NCBI RefSeq assembly: GCF_018977255.1
Contig: NW_024704743.1
Coordinates: forward strand, 85,872,001-85,936,000
Direction of reading: 5' to 3'
Length of the DNA stretch: 64,000 bases
Source of the DNA: Callorhinchus milii
Lineage: Eukaryota
A program made the position numbers and the translations under genes. The first letter of the stretch is position 1, and each line of letters begins with the position of its first letter. The notes under the pieces were generated by a model. The model made no database searches. It had not been told where the DNA came from and saw nothing but the letters and a program-made list of their open reading frames with translations. Positions 26,066-38,171 of the stretch are shown here, piece after piece.

Positions 26066-26400
26066 GTGTCAACCTGGCTTAGTTTGGTAGCATTCTCGCC
26101 ACTGGGTTAGAAGGATGTGAGGACAAGCCCCACTTTAGAACTTGAGCTAAAAGCTCACGCTAGTTAAGTGCTGCACTGTTGGAATGGACATTCTTTGGTG
26201 AGATGTTAAACTGAGGACCCATCTGTCAGGTAAAGACTCCTATGTCTGTCCACAAAACAATCACTGACCTTGACAGTAATAACTTGCTTTGAAACATTTC
26301 AACATGATAAGGTGCTATAAAGTGTAAATACATTTCAACATGATAAGGTGCTGTAAAGTGTTAATACACTTCAACATGATAAAGTGCTGTAAAGTGTAAT
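26066..26400 (+). mobile_element. Deu-domain SINE ending in a 3 x 36-bp tandem repeat (26294-26400)
   Basis: Head tgtcaacctggcttag...cattctcgccactg; unit acatttcaacatgataaggtgctataaagtgtaaat repeated three times. Confidence 0.75.
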
Positions 26401-26787
26401 GAGCTAATAACACAACACACTAAAAGGTGTTCAAGTTCTCACTGAAAACAAAATACAGATGACAAATAGGCTTGTGGCAAAATAATAAGGTGCTAGTGTT
26501 ATATGTACAGAATCATTAGTGGAAGAATTGTTTATTTGTCACCAAGTGTTAATGATGACAGATTATTATCAGCTCTCTGATAAGTCACCATGGGGTAGGC
26601 AGATTTCCTATTCCAGGACAAACCCCAGCAACCTAGTTCACCTGTTTCTGCTTTCAAACAGATGTGCATGTCCTATTGCCAAGCTGTTTTGAAATCTCTT
26701 GGCTTGAGAGATTTGAAGAGTTGAAGAGGCTAATAAAGGAAGAGATTTGGAGNAAAAAAAGCATGAATAAAAGTATTGAGAAGTAGG

Positions 26788-26960
26788 AACAAAACACAAA
26801 ATACTGCAGATGCTGGAATCTGAAACAAAAACAGAGAGAGCTGGGAAAACTCAGCAGGTCAGGCAACATCTATGGAGAAAGGAAAGTGAGTCAACGTTTC
26901 GGGTCCACAACCCTTCGTCAGAACTCGAGAAGTAGGAAATTAGCTGACTTTTTAGGACTT
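26788..26960 (-). mobile_element. Penelope-like element terminal repeat (solo)
   Basis: Reverse complement aligns to 31160-31325, downstream of the GIY-YIG-region remnant. Confidence 0.85.
26888..26926 (-). ncRNA. Minimal type I hammerhead ribozyme motif
   Basis: GAGUU-CUGACGA-A-GGGUU(GUG)GACCC-GAAA-CG-UU-GACUC: intact core, stems I and II pair, palindromic AACGUU in place of stem III. Confidence 0.75.
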
Positions 26961-27401
26961 GCAAGCAAGAAGTGGTGATGTGGCATGGGCAGGAGAAGCC
27001 AGGTTTGTTCTAACGTTGTTGTATCGACAAACTCCAGAATAATTTATGGGATGGGGAAAATATTTTGTTGTAAATGTTATATCCTGTGAAACCAAAGTGG
27101 CAGTTTGCAGTAGGACTACTGAGAAATGATGCCACTCACTCAAAGTAATGGAGTGGCTTGATCAGGGGAGTCTGGGTTGATCCATAAAGCCTCTCACTGT
27201 GGAAATTGCCAAATGTTCTTTCCTTTTCCTCCACCCATCCTCCCAATCTCTGATCTTGAATGATATGTCATCAGTAAAGGCCTCAGCTTCATCCCTTTAC
27301 ACTCCCACTTCAATCAATTTCGATCCTAGTATGATGTTGAACTCTTCTTCCGCCACCTCTGCATGCGCACCCACTATTTTGGCCAGTAGACCTCCCCCCG
27401 C

Positions 27402-30400
27402 ACAACAATAACAACAACAACTTGCACTTATATAGCGCCCTCCATGCACGGTAGTATCTCAGAGTGCTTAACAGTGGCAGAGCCTGACTCTGAGCTGGGG
27501 CAGGTGGGAGGGGGTTGATGGCCATAAGCACAGTCAAACAGGAAAGTTTTCAGGTGGGACTTGAAAGAGGAGAGAGAGGGGGCAAGGCGGAGCGATTAAG
27601 GGAGAGTGTTCCAGAGTTTTGGGGCATAGCAGCTGAAAGCACGACCTCTGATGGTGGGGCGGAGGGTGTGAGGGAAGAGCAAGAGACCAGTGCCAGTCGA
27701 GCAGAGGAGCCGGGTGGTGGATTGGGGAATAAGGAGGTCGGAGAGGTAGGGAGGTGCCAGGGAGTGAATGGATTTGAACACGAGTGTGAGGATCTTGAAG
27801 TTGATCCGTTCAGTGATGGGGAGCCAGTGGCCTGTCCATAACTGATGAAATGTGGGTACGGAGTTTGGTCCGGGTCAGTATGTGGGCAGCAGAGTTTTGA
27901 ATGAGCTGGATCTTGGGAATGGTGGAGCTGGGAAGACCGGCAAGCAACAGGTGAGAAATGCATGCACGAGGGTTTCGGGTGCATTTGGGGTAAGGTACGG
28001 TCGGAGGTGGGCAATATGGTGGAGGTGGAAGAAAGCCGTTCTGGTCAGGGACTGGATGTGTGGGAGGAAGGACAGTTGGGGGTTGAACCGGAAACCTAAG
28101 TTGCGCACTCCTGTGGTGACTCTGAGGGAGAGTCCGGGCAGGTTGAAGAGTTTAGATTCGCAGGTGTGAAGACATTGACAGGAGCCAAGGAGTATGGCTT
28201 CCATCTTGTTGATATTCAGCTGCAGGAAGTTTACACTCATCCAAGCCCTGATGTCTGTCAGACAAGCTGATAGAACATCGCAGGACCTGGAGTCGATACT
28301 GGAGGAGGCAAAGTAGATTTGTGTGTCATCCACATACACATGGAAGTTTACCCCGTATCTGAGAATTACATCATCCAGGGGGAGCATATAGATAAGGAAA
28401 AGTAGAGGGCCAAGGATGGAGCCCTGGGGTACCCCGCAAATGATGGGGCGGGGATGGGAGGAGAAACCATTTGCTGAGATGAAATGGAGGCGGCTGGTTA
28501 AGTAGGACTCGAGTCATGCGAGTGCCATCCCACTGAGGTAGATGAGGGAGGAGAGCCAGTGAAGGAGGATGGCATGGTCAACTGTGTCGAATGTGGTACA
28601 AAGATCCAGGAGGATGAGAAGGCAGAGGGAGCCCTGGTCACAGATAGAGAGAAGGTCGTTTGTGACTTTGACAGGCGCTGTTTCTGTGCTGTGGGCAGGG
28701 TGAAAATCAGACTACAGGGACTCGAGGAGGGAGTGGAGGGAGAGGTGTGACTGAAGTTGACCTGCAACAATGCATTCCAGGACTTTGGCAAGGAAAGGAT
28801 TCGGCCAGAAGTGGGGAGAGAAGGGATAGTTGAGTGACCAGCAGCTGGGTGGGAGGGATTTGAGGCAGCAGGTGGTGAACTTCATCCGGGCGATTGTAGT
28901 TGAGAGAGAGGAGGAAGAAATGGGGGCAAAGGAGTGTAAGGAGGGGATAGTGGCAGGAGCCGTGGTGGAGGGAGAAGGTGGTGTAAATGGTCTGATTGGG
29001 GTGGAAGGGGACATAGGGTGGGGGAGGATGATGCAGCTAAGCGGATGCTTTCAATTCTTGAGGCAAAGAATGTCTAGGACCTCTTCGCACTTGGCGTTTG
29101 ACGTGAGAATAGAGGGGGCTTGAGGGGATGCACGGAGGAGGTGATAGATGGTGCAAAACAACAACAACAACAACAACAAGATTCCATTTATAAAGCGCCT
29201 TTCACGTCAGGAGGACGTCCCAAGGCGCTGCACAGTTGGGTCATGACCCGAGCAGGGGGGAAATGGTCAGGGTGAGGGAAGGGAGGGAGCAAGGAGGGGG
29301 GAAATGGTCAGGGTGAGGGGAGGGAAGGGAGGGAGCGAGGAGGGGGAAGAGAGTCGAGAGGGGAGCTGAAGGCACGGTCAAAGAGAAAGGTTTTGAGACC
29401 GGCCTTGAAGGAGGAAAGGGAGGAAGCAAGGCGAAGGCACTGGGGGATGGAGTTCCAGAGCCTGGGGGCTGAGAGGCTGAAGGCCCGACCACCGATGGTA
29501 GGGCGGTTGGGGCGGGGGACGTGGAGCAGACCAGAGCCAGAGGAACGGAGGGTACGGGCAGGTAGGTAGGGGGATAGTAGGTTGGAGAGGTAGGAGGGAG
29601 CGAGGCCGTGAATGGCCTTGTAGGTGAGGATGAGGATCTTGAAATCAATCCTCTGGGGGATGGGGAGCCAGTGGAGGCGAGCGAGGGTGGGAGTGATGTG
29701 GTCCCGAAGCCTGGTGCGGGACAGTACACGAGCTGCAGAGTTCTGAATGACCTGCAGCTTGTGGAGGGAGGTGGCGGGAAGGCCGGCGAGGAGAGAGTTC
29801 CCATAGTCCAGCCTTGAGGTGACAAAGGCGTGGACCAGGGTTTCAGCAGCGTGAGGGGTGAGGTAATGCCGTAGTCTGGCGATGTTCCGGAGGTGATGGA
29901 AGGCGGTGCCAGTTGTGGTGCGGATGTGAGGGAGAAAGGACAGCTCAGGGTCGAACAAAACGCCGAGGTTCCTGACTGGCTTTGAGAGGTGGAGAGTGCA
30001 GCCTTGGATGCTGATGGTGTCAGCGCCTGAGGTGCGGAGGCGCTGACGTGAGCCAATCAGGAGGGCCTCGGTTTTTCGCACGTTGAGCTGAAGAAAGTTG
30101 TCTCTCGTCCAGGACTCGATGTCGGACAGGCAGGCTGTCAGGACATCGGTGGTCGTGGAGTTGAGAGTAGAGGAGGAAAGGTAGAGTTGGGTGTCATCCG
30201 CATACATGTGGAAGTTAACTCCATGTCTGCGGATGATGTCACCGAGGGGGAGCATATAGAGGGTGAAGAGGAGGGGACCGAGGACAGAGCCCTGAGGGAC
30301 ACCACATGAGACAGTACGGGGAGTGGAGGAGAAGCCATTCGTCGAGACAAAGTGAAGACGGTGAGAAAGGTACGACCTAAACCATTCAAGGACAGTGCCT

Positions 30401-30720
30401 TGAAGGTTGAGGTGGGAGGACAAGCGGTGGAGTAGGATAGCGTGGTCGACCGTATCGAATGCTGCCGATAGGTCGAGGAGGACGAGGAGACAGAGGGAGC
30501 CCTGGTCACAGATGGTCAGGATATCATTGGTGACCTTGACCAGGGCAGTTTCTGTGCTATGGGCAGCACGGAAACCTGACTGAAGGGTGATAGATGGTGG
30601 AAAACAGCGTCTTTGGATTGTTGTTTGCCTCCAGGATGACTTTGGAGTAAAAATCAGTTTTGGCCTGTGAAAGGGAGAGGTGGTAGCTGCAGAGGTGCTC
30701 AAGCCACAGCAGGCGGCAAA
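27402..30720 (-). mobile_element. Older L2 LINE (subfamily B), 5'-truncated, host of a nested young L2
   Basis: RT motifs (YVDDTQIY, FLAKVLE) with frameshifts. The sequence is continuous across the insertion: 30586-30720 joins 29160. Confidence 0.9.
29161..30585 (-). mobile_element. Young L2-A LINE, 1.4-kb 3' part with an uninterrupted RT reading frame
   Basis: Open frame QSGFR...LDLSAAFDT...[10 protein letters not shown]...YADDTQ to the stop; CpG-rich; (AAC)n tail; 21-bp flanking duplication. Confidence 0.96.
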
Positions 30721-30727
30721 TCCTCCC

Positions 30728-31327
30728 CATTGGGGAGACCAAATGCAGATTGGGAGATCGATTTGCCGAACACCTTCATTCTTTCTGGAAGCACAACCCT
30801 GAGCTTCCGGTTTCTTGCCACTTCAACTCTCCCTCCCACTTGCACTCTGACCTCTCCATCCATGGTCTCCTATGCTGTTCCAATGAACCGCAGCGCAAGC
30901 TTGAGGAACAGCACGTCATTTATCTGCTGGGGACCTTACAGCCCTCTGGCCTCAATATTGATTTCAATAATTTCAGGCAATAACAACTCACCTTCCACCT
31001 CCCCCAGACACACATTTTCCCTCTGGTCTGCTTGTTTTGTTGCAATCCCCCCCCACCCCACTTTGTTTTGCGTCATTAACATCTCTTTAACCCATCATCC
31101 CCTGAACTCTATCCTATTTTCTTCTTTGTCTCCCTTGCCTTGCCTCCCACCTCTCTGTTAGTCCTTAAAAACCTCTCCCTCCCAACGTGCCCCAGTTCTG
31201 ATGAAGGGTCGTGGACTCGAAACATTGACTCACTTTCCATTCTCCATAGATGCTGCCTGACCTGCTGAGTGTTCCCAGCAACTTCTGTTTTTGTTTCAGA
31301 TTTCCAGCATCTGCAGTATTTTGTAAT
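30728..31327 (+). mobile_element. Penelope-like element 3' end (GIY-YIG endonuclease C-terminal part + terminal repeat)
   Basis: [14 protein letters not shown]...PVSCHFN...RKLEEQH.I..LGTLQPSGLN, characteristic of PLE endonuclease C-termini. Confidence 0.9.
31193..31231 (+). ncRNA. Minimal hammerhead ribozyme motif (decayed at stem III)
   Basis: CAGUU-CUGAUGA-A-GGGUC(GUG)GACUC-GAAA-CA-UU-GACUC. Confidence 0.65.
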
Positions 31328-31499
31328 TTGCAAGGATTATTATTATCTGCTGTGCAAGTAAGAGTATTGGGATCACCTGCCCTATCACATTTTTTTAATT
31401 TACCAATCCAAAATGCAATCTAGCCACATCTGGTTTCCCAATTAGGCTCATGTGGGTCGTGGGTAATATATTGGACAACTCTGCTACAGAGGGCTGCTA

Positions 31500-31800
31500 C
31501 AGGTTGGCTCAGTTGTCAGGACTTTCACTTTCGAATCAGAAATTGTGGATCCACATCAGGACTTCTTGCTCATTCCAGTGCAGTGCTGGGGAAATACTGC
31601 ATTGTTGGAGGTGTGTCTTTCAGATGAGACGTTAACCAAGATTCTGTCTGCCTGTCCAGTTGCACATGAAAAGATCCTATAACACTATTCAAAGAAAGAA
31701 GGGAGTCTGCTGTCCTGGCCAACAATTTGCCAGATACATTAATTGTTCTTTTCATGGCTGTTTGTGAGACATTACTGGATTCAAGTTGGCCATTTGATTT
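31500..31800 (+). mobile_element. Deu-domain SINE
   Basis: ccagtgcagtgctggggaaatactgcattgttggaggtg...cagatgagacgttaacc. Confidence 0.75.
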
Positions 31801-31933
31801 CTCGTGTAGCACCTCTTGGGTCATGGCATCGTGGGCAGGTCTGACAAGCCACAAGGTTGGCCAATCATTCAGTGTTGGAGTGAGAATGGTGTTCTACCAT
31901 TGCTAGACTGAGATGCAGCCACAGCAACTAATG

Positions 31934-32056
31934 TAATAATAATAATATAATAATAATCCTTGCACTTGATATAGGGCTTTTCATGTCTTCTAGACGTCTC
32001 AAAGCGCTTCACAGAACAGACTGTAAAGTGAATTGACCGTATATTTGTGGGCGAAA
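31934..32056 (-). mobile_element. SINE 3' end
   Basis: Tail and 3' body identical in pattern to 48658. Confidence 0.85.
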
Positions 32057-33031
32057 TAATGAAATGTAATAACACTAGCCCATTCCCTTTGAAGACCTCA
32101 GGAAATGCCCTGAGCCTCAGAGGACCCTGAGAACAGCATTGAAGACCTTCAGCCATAGCTTCACATAGTGAGCCGGTGAAGTACAGCAGAACAGTCCAGG
32201 ATCCCCTGCCAAGGAGCCTCTCTCTTGAGGACCTGGATTCAGCAGCTAGTGTTGATTAAGTCTGGGAGGAATGAATGGGTTGGACCAGGTCAGGAGTTTT
32301 GGGCCATATAAAAGGCACTGCAGTTTGGCACCAAGTTGATTTATAACTAAACAGAGAGCGAACTTGTCAATGAGTTCAGCTGCTTGTTTTGTTGGATGCA
32401 GTGGGTGCAAATAACATATCGGGTTTTTGCTAACTTCATGAGTAATGAAAGGTAGGTGTATTTATAACAATCCTTACATTTACAAGGTCCATTCTGGCTC
32501 TGGCGATAGACGGATTGTCCAACCTTGTGGTTGGTTGGCTCTATTCCATGATGCCAAGGCTCATGAGTTCTACACTGGAAATCAAATGTCCAATTTTGTG
32601 TACAGCAATGTCCCACAAACAACACAAAGTGAATAACCAAATTTATCCGGAAGTTCGTTGGTCTGGAAACCCTCTTCTTTTCTTGAATAGTGTTCATATG
32701 GATATTTATCATTCACCATCATAAACTGTCTGCCACAGCAGCAGTACATATTTCATGTAAGATCCATTAAGAGCATAGCAGACATTTCCCCAGAGAGACA
32801 GAGTTGGAGGGTGAATTAAAAGCAATCCACACTCGCACTTTTAACAGCTAAACTCAAAAGTGGTATTGTCAGATGTCAGGGGCAGGATGCTGGCCACATT
32901 GCCTGGCAGAAGAACAGTGCACTTTATGGAGGTGGGTGATGCAACCGAAGAAGGAAATAATGAGTGTAAAATAAGCCAGTAAAAGAAAACAGCAACTAAC
33001 ATTGTGTTAAACGCCACTGTATATAAATACA

Positions 33032-33316
33032 AATAATAATCCCTGCATCTGATAGCGCTATGTCACATCATTGAGATGTCTCAAAGTGCTTCACAGAATG
33101 TATTGCAAAATGGATTGGCTGTGTATTTTGTGGGTGAATCCGGCTGCCAATTGCACATAGCAGTGTCACACAAACAATCATGGAGGGAGTGACCAAATTA
33201 TTATTATTTGTTTTTAGAGAGATTATTGCCCCTGAAAATCGATCCACCAATTGACGAACAACCGGATTCCTACTTACTGCTGGGAAACAGAGGTATGTGA
33301 AGTAAGGAAACTTGCC
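33032..33316 (-). mobile_element. tRNA-Ala-headed SINE (long form, head missing)
   Basis: Tail through gtaaggaaacttgcc. Confidence 0.85.
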
Positions 33317-33714
33317 TGAGAGTGATTACATAGAAAATAATAGACCCATCAATAGATTGCAAGGCAGTAATTCTATCAAGGTGTACATTTCACAGCATGA
33401 AATAGAAGACAGCAATTGAAGAGGCATCATAGAAACACTTTGCTCATTATTGACCAGCAGCTGAATGCAGTACTGTGCTTGTTGAGATACTTTGATTGTT
33501 CAGTGGTCTGTGTTATATTATACTTTGAAGGATGTTCTTCACTGCACTGTTATTTCCAGAACTTCTGAAAAAAAATACATCTATACTTTTTATCCCAAAA
33601 CATGCACTTACTTGGAGTTGTAGATATGTTGGTCCTCATCCACTTCAGTATTCCTTTTATAGCCGGAAAGATTATGAAGCTCCGCTATTAATGGGTGACT
33701 TTTCAACCATTCTG

Positions 33715-33933
33715 ACCCCACCATCTGGAACTCCATCACAGAGTCCTTCCCCCTTGCTCCCTCCTTCACCACCTTTAAAGCACGCCTTAAGACCTACATG
33801 TTTAGCTACCTTTCCCCCTCATCCTCCTCTCTTACCCACCCCTCCTCATTCCGGCTTCCAGTCAGCAATGTGAAATGCTTTGAGATGTTCTCCCAATGTT
33901 AAAGGCACTATATAAATGCAAACTGTTGTTGTT
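33715..33933 (+). mobile_element. Old L2 3' fragment
   Basis: tctggaactccatc...gctttgagatgttctcccaatgttaaaggcactatataaatgcaaactgttgttg. Confidence 0.7.
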
Positions 33934-35032
33934 GAAGCACCTTCTTTACATTTAGCAGCTAATATGGCCTCAGCAAAGAATATTATTAACAAAGAAGCTT
34001 AGTGTGCTTGATGTCAGAGTTTTTATCTATAACTCTTACAGTAAAATTTTTTGATTGTGGCTTCAGCAGCTAATGGAAATTCTCTATTTTTTGAGTTGAA
34101 ATGAAGTTGTGCATTGATCAATAAATTGGCCAGTTGGGCAATTAAAATTTAGTTGGGTGATATCAAAGTTAATAAATTTGAATTCATATACAACCATAGC
34201 ATAAATAGAAAACCTGGGACTTTTAGATTTATGGCAAACACAAGAATGGAGAATACCCCACTGTGGAATTCCACGTATCCTGGCAATCACTTTTGCTGAC
34301 AGCAGGTATGGAAATATCTTTTGATCTGATTGAATTTAAATGATTTACTCAGAATTGTCTGAATGACAGATCCGAGGATGTATTTTATACATCTTTTGCA
34401 AGCTATTTAAATTTAGTTTTCTATCTTTTTTCTTTCTATCATTCTCTTTCCATCAGCACTCAGCCACCTCACAGATTGTCGGGTTTGCTTGAATTTGAAA
34501 AAAAATTATTCACATTTCTAGTATATATGAGCCATAATATTCCTTTGCACCATGACTTGTGTTAGAGTGAACAGCTGTGCTATTAATATGTCTGGTGCCT
34601 GTTAAATCTAAATAAATTTGATGAGAGAGGCAATAATTATTGGGTTCCTTTCCAAGAAACTCATTCATTGTAATTGGAAGTAAAGGTGGCTACTTTGGTT
34701 ATACTATAATTTTAACTCCATTCCCTTTTGCCTCAAGAAAGATAATTTATTATAACTTATGTTCTTCTTGAACATCTAATTTATATTGTAATTTCTTTCA
34801 GGAATTCTCTCCTCTCTTGAGTTAGCTATTCACAACAAGCATTTGTACAATAAATGTATATCTCATATTCAAACAATAAATGTATATCTGTTCAGGTAGA
34901 TATTAAAGATCCCGTTGTACTATTTGAAAACAGAAGGGATTTTTTCTTGGCAAGCAATCCTTAAGATAAAATTGGGCATTCACTTCATGACTGTTTGTGG
35001 ATCAGTACTGCATATAAATTAGCTGCCATGTT

Positions 35033-35215
35033 CAAGGCTGGATTAACGCAAGGGGCTTTAGGGGCTGTAAGGCCAGGGCCCCAGATTTTGAGTAGTCCAC
35101 AAAAAAGAGCAAGTCGCAATGATGGGACTAGTAAAGGGAAGGAATTGAACATGCAAAGAGGGGCCCCCGAAAACTATAATAGCCCTGGGCCCCCATCAAG
35201 CTTAATCCTGCCTTG
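35033..35215. mobile_element. MITE (hAT-like non-autonomous DNA transposon) inserted in a Deu-SINE
   Basis: Terminal inverted repeats caaggctggattaa / ttaatcctgccttg (13/14 match) with GGGCCC subterminal motifs. TSD unclear. Confidence 0.7.
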
Positions 35216-38171
35216 GGTGTTCTGTTTGAGGTACGTACGGGAAACAAAGTTTTGACCTGGAGAGTTCAGTAGTGTTCAGTAATGACAAATGCAGTAGCGA
35301 TGTTATGAGTTGCGTGATTGTTAATACGGTTTCCTCCAACTGATAGCTGTGTAAAGTATAATGCTGCACATATCTTCTGTTATAACTGAGACAATTAAGG
35401 GGACTCTTAACATCTCCCTTCAACTCTTAAGTATATCACACATTTGTATCATCTCCCACTGCAAGAAAAATAGAATAAAATCAGGAAAGGCAATAGGAAC
35501 ATTCAGATAAGACAGTTACAAATATTAAAACAGGTTGGAAAATACATGAAAAGGGTTGTTCCAAAAATTGATGGGTCTGAAAATTTCCATTTTGAAACCT
35601 TGTCTTAATGTCACCAGCCAATTCAGTACTTGTGTACTTGTTATGTATTTGTTATATAAAATCCGACCTATACATAATTTCACATAAGTCATATATGATA
35701 CAACATTGACATAACTCATACTTGCATGAATCATATTAAATGTAGGGTCCCAACTGTAGACATTCTGTAGTTCTGAAAGAAACCAGTTTTAAACCCTTTT
35801 TCTTGCTCTACTTCCCCAACAATTGTGGTAGTCTATTCTGATATAATATATCCACATATGTCCAGAACCAGAAGGAGCTTTCATGCTTATTGGACCATAT
35901 TATATTAGGGCAGAATTACACTGCAACATATCAATATTTTATAATTTTTTAAAAAAAATTCCAGTTATATGTTAGAAAATAAAAACACAATGTGAATAAA
36001 AGCATAATGTGAGTCCATTACAACATACAGGTATTTTAAGGATCTGTGGTATAGCAGAACTGACAGTGGCAAAGAAGGCTCAATAAATTATAGGATAGCG
36101 AACATAAAACATCTTGTTCAACCTCTACTTTTGAAGTAAACGTACTACCATTTGTGTCTTTGGTTTAACAAATGTTTTATGAGCATACATAATACTTAAA
36201 CTTTAGACCAACCTTTCATTTAACTGCCTACATTATTTTGTAGGTCCCCGGAGGCTAAAACCCAAATCCATCTCAAATCTGCCTTCACATCTGGCTGTGT
36301 GTGGTATAAAATGCTTTTTAAATCCAACATTCTAGTCATTGTAACCATGGCTGTTTTTGTTTATATACTATATATATTTTTTGATAAATCCCTGGTGGAT
36401 TTTTTATGTTTTCAGTAATATTCATTATTTTGTTTGGTCAACCGGATGTTTGACGCATGCAGAAACCTATCACCATGCGTATCCAAACCAAACTGAGAAT
36501 TCCATGTTCACGCCTATATATGAAATTCCAGAGATATCTGTTGGAATGGAATGCGCACTGTTTCCCTGGAGGGATGCATCCTGGTTACCTAATTCTGGAA
36601 AGTATTAGGCTCAGGTTGGCGAGAGCCAAGGCTTGGGGACCCCAGAGTGTGCGTTGGAATCTAATCAGTTAAAAATAATTTGACAAGTGTGGTTTGAGCT
36701 CTCACTGGGTGGATGGCAGGTACCTGGAACTCGCTGCAATTTTCGTAGTTGGTAACACAGTTCAGCATGGAATGCATAAGAGCATTGACACCATTTTCCT
36801 GTCTGCAGCTCGGGCCCACATCTCTTCCCATTAAGTGCTGCTTCCACCAGTTGAAGGTGCAGAGTTTAAGAAGCAGCTGCTTGCCTCTCTGCAGGCCAAT
36901 TAAGGTGGATTCTAGGTGCTGGATGTATGAATGTGTGTTCACGACCTCGGACTCAAGATAACGCCCACCAGCTGTTTCCTCAGGCCTCAGTTTCCTCATC
37001 AGCTATCTTGTAGACATCTCCCTTTAGCAATGTGAGAGGACCTTTACAGGACAGCTTGTGATGTGCTAGCCACCTTGATGTTCTCGATGTCCAAGTCCAA
37101 TGGTGTGTACCAGGCTTACTCAGCACCAGCTGCTCAATCCAGGTCTTCATGTGAGGGGCCTTGGCAAATAGACATATTCATGACAAAAGGGAAATACCAT
37201 CAGCAATTGATTCCCAGGATATTAAATGCTATTGTACGTAGGTTGGTCACTCACTCTAAGGCAGTTGTGGAACATGGCTGTGTGCCTAATCGGCCACCAT
37301 GTTCACTCACAAAACTCACAGTCTCATTACTTTACAGTACATCCTGCGAAGCACTTTGAGATGTGTTGATGACATGATCAGGTATTATATCTAAGGTATT
37401 ATATTATTTCACTCCCTGCTAATTTTCACATATTTGCGTGTTCGTCTGTATGTCAGGGTGTTGAAAGGGGAATTTAGGCTAAATATCACTGAGTTGCAAA
37501 ACTTATCATCACACTATTGTTGCCAGGTCTTACACCTTGCCCCTTCTGTCATTTTAAACAGTGAAACGTATTTCATACAAGTGAAGGAACGTTCACTACT
37601 TATTGTCCAGTGACACCTTATCTGAACAGTTTACAATTCTGAGGTCTGTTTTCCTGTCAGTTTGAATAAAATAATTCAAGTACTTTGTCTACTTCTGTTA
37701 GTTATTTAAGACAGGAGCAAGTGGACACAAAGTGTCTTGTAGTTCTTCATACTAATTAAACCTTCACATCTGTTTCTGCAAAAATATAAATTGAGCAATT
37801 TGAATGACAGAAAATGAATATATTTACCATCATTGGAGAAAGTTTGCATGTTGTGGCATTTCAAGCATTCTTCTACTCAGAGGTCAACACAAAACATTTT
37901 GTCTGTGAAACTATCAAGATCAGACATAAAACTGGCCGATCTTAATGCAACCAGCACATCAGGATAACATGATGCTCATGTTTGATTTCTTACAGTCATG
38001 TTTAGTCTTCTACTTAGCATTTACATGGCTTCTGAAAAGTATTGAAAATGAGTTTGACAGAAGATTCCCCTCGTTTTGTGAATCGCCTTCTGTCAACAGA
38101 AAGCCTATGTTTCTGTCTTTATATTGTAACTTGGGTACCAGTACCATACCAATATTTTCAGTAAAGCATTT

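Noticed and set aside
26753..26753. Single N (also 56092)
   Set aside because: Assembly ambiguity or gap marker, not biology; nearby distances may be unreliable.
29308..30702. 464-aa ORF as a host gene or complete RT
   Set aside because: Chimeric: the first ~39 codons are out-of-frame host L2 sequence beyond the TSD, and the rest is a 5'-truncated L2 RT without an endonuclease.
32848..34305. Plus-strand exon candidates 32848-32931 and 34227-34305
   Set aside because: AG/GT-bounded open frames only, with no recognisable protein or consistent chain; expected by chance.
38054..38096. Hairpin ttgacagaag...cttctgtcaa as a pre-miRNA
   Set aside because: Stem too short (10 bp plus 4) and no recognisable mature miRNA.
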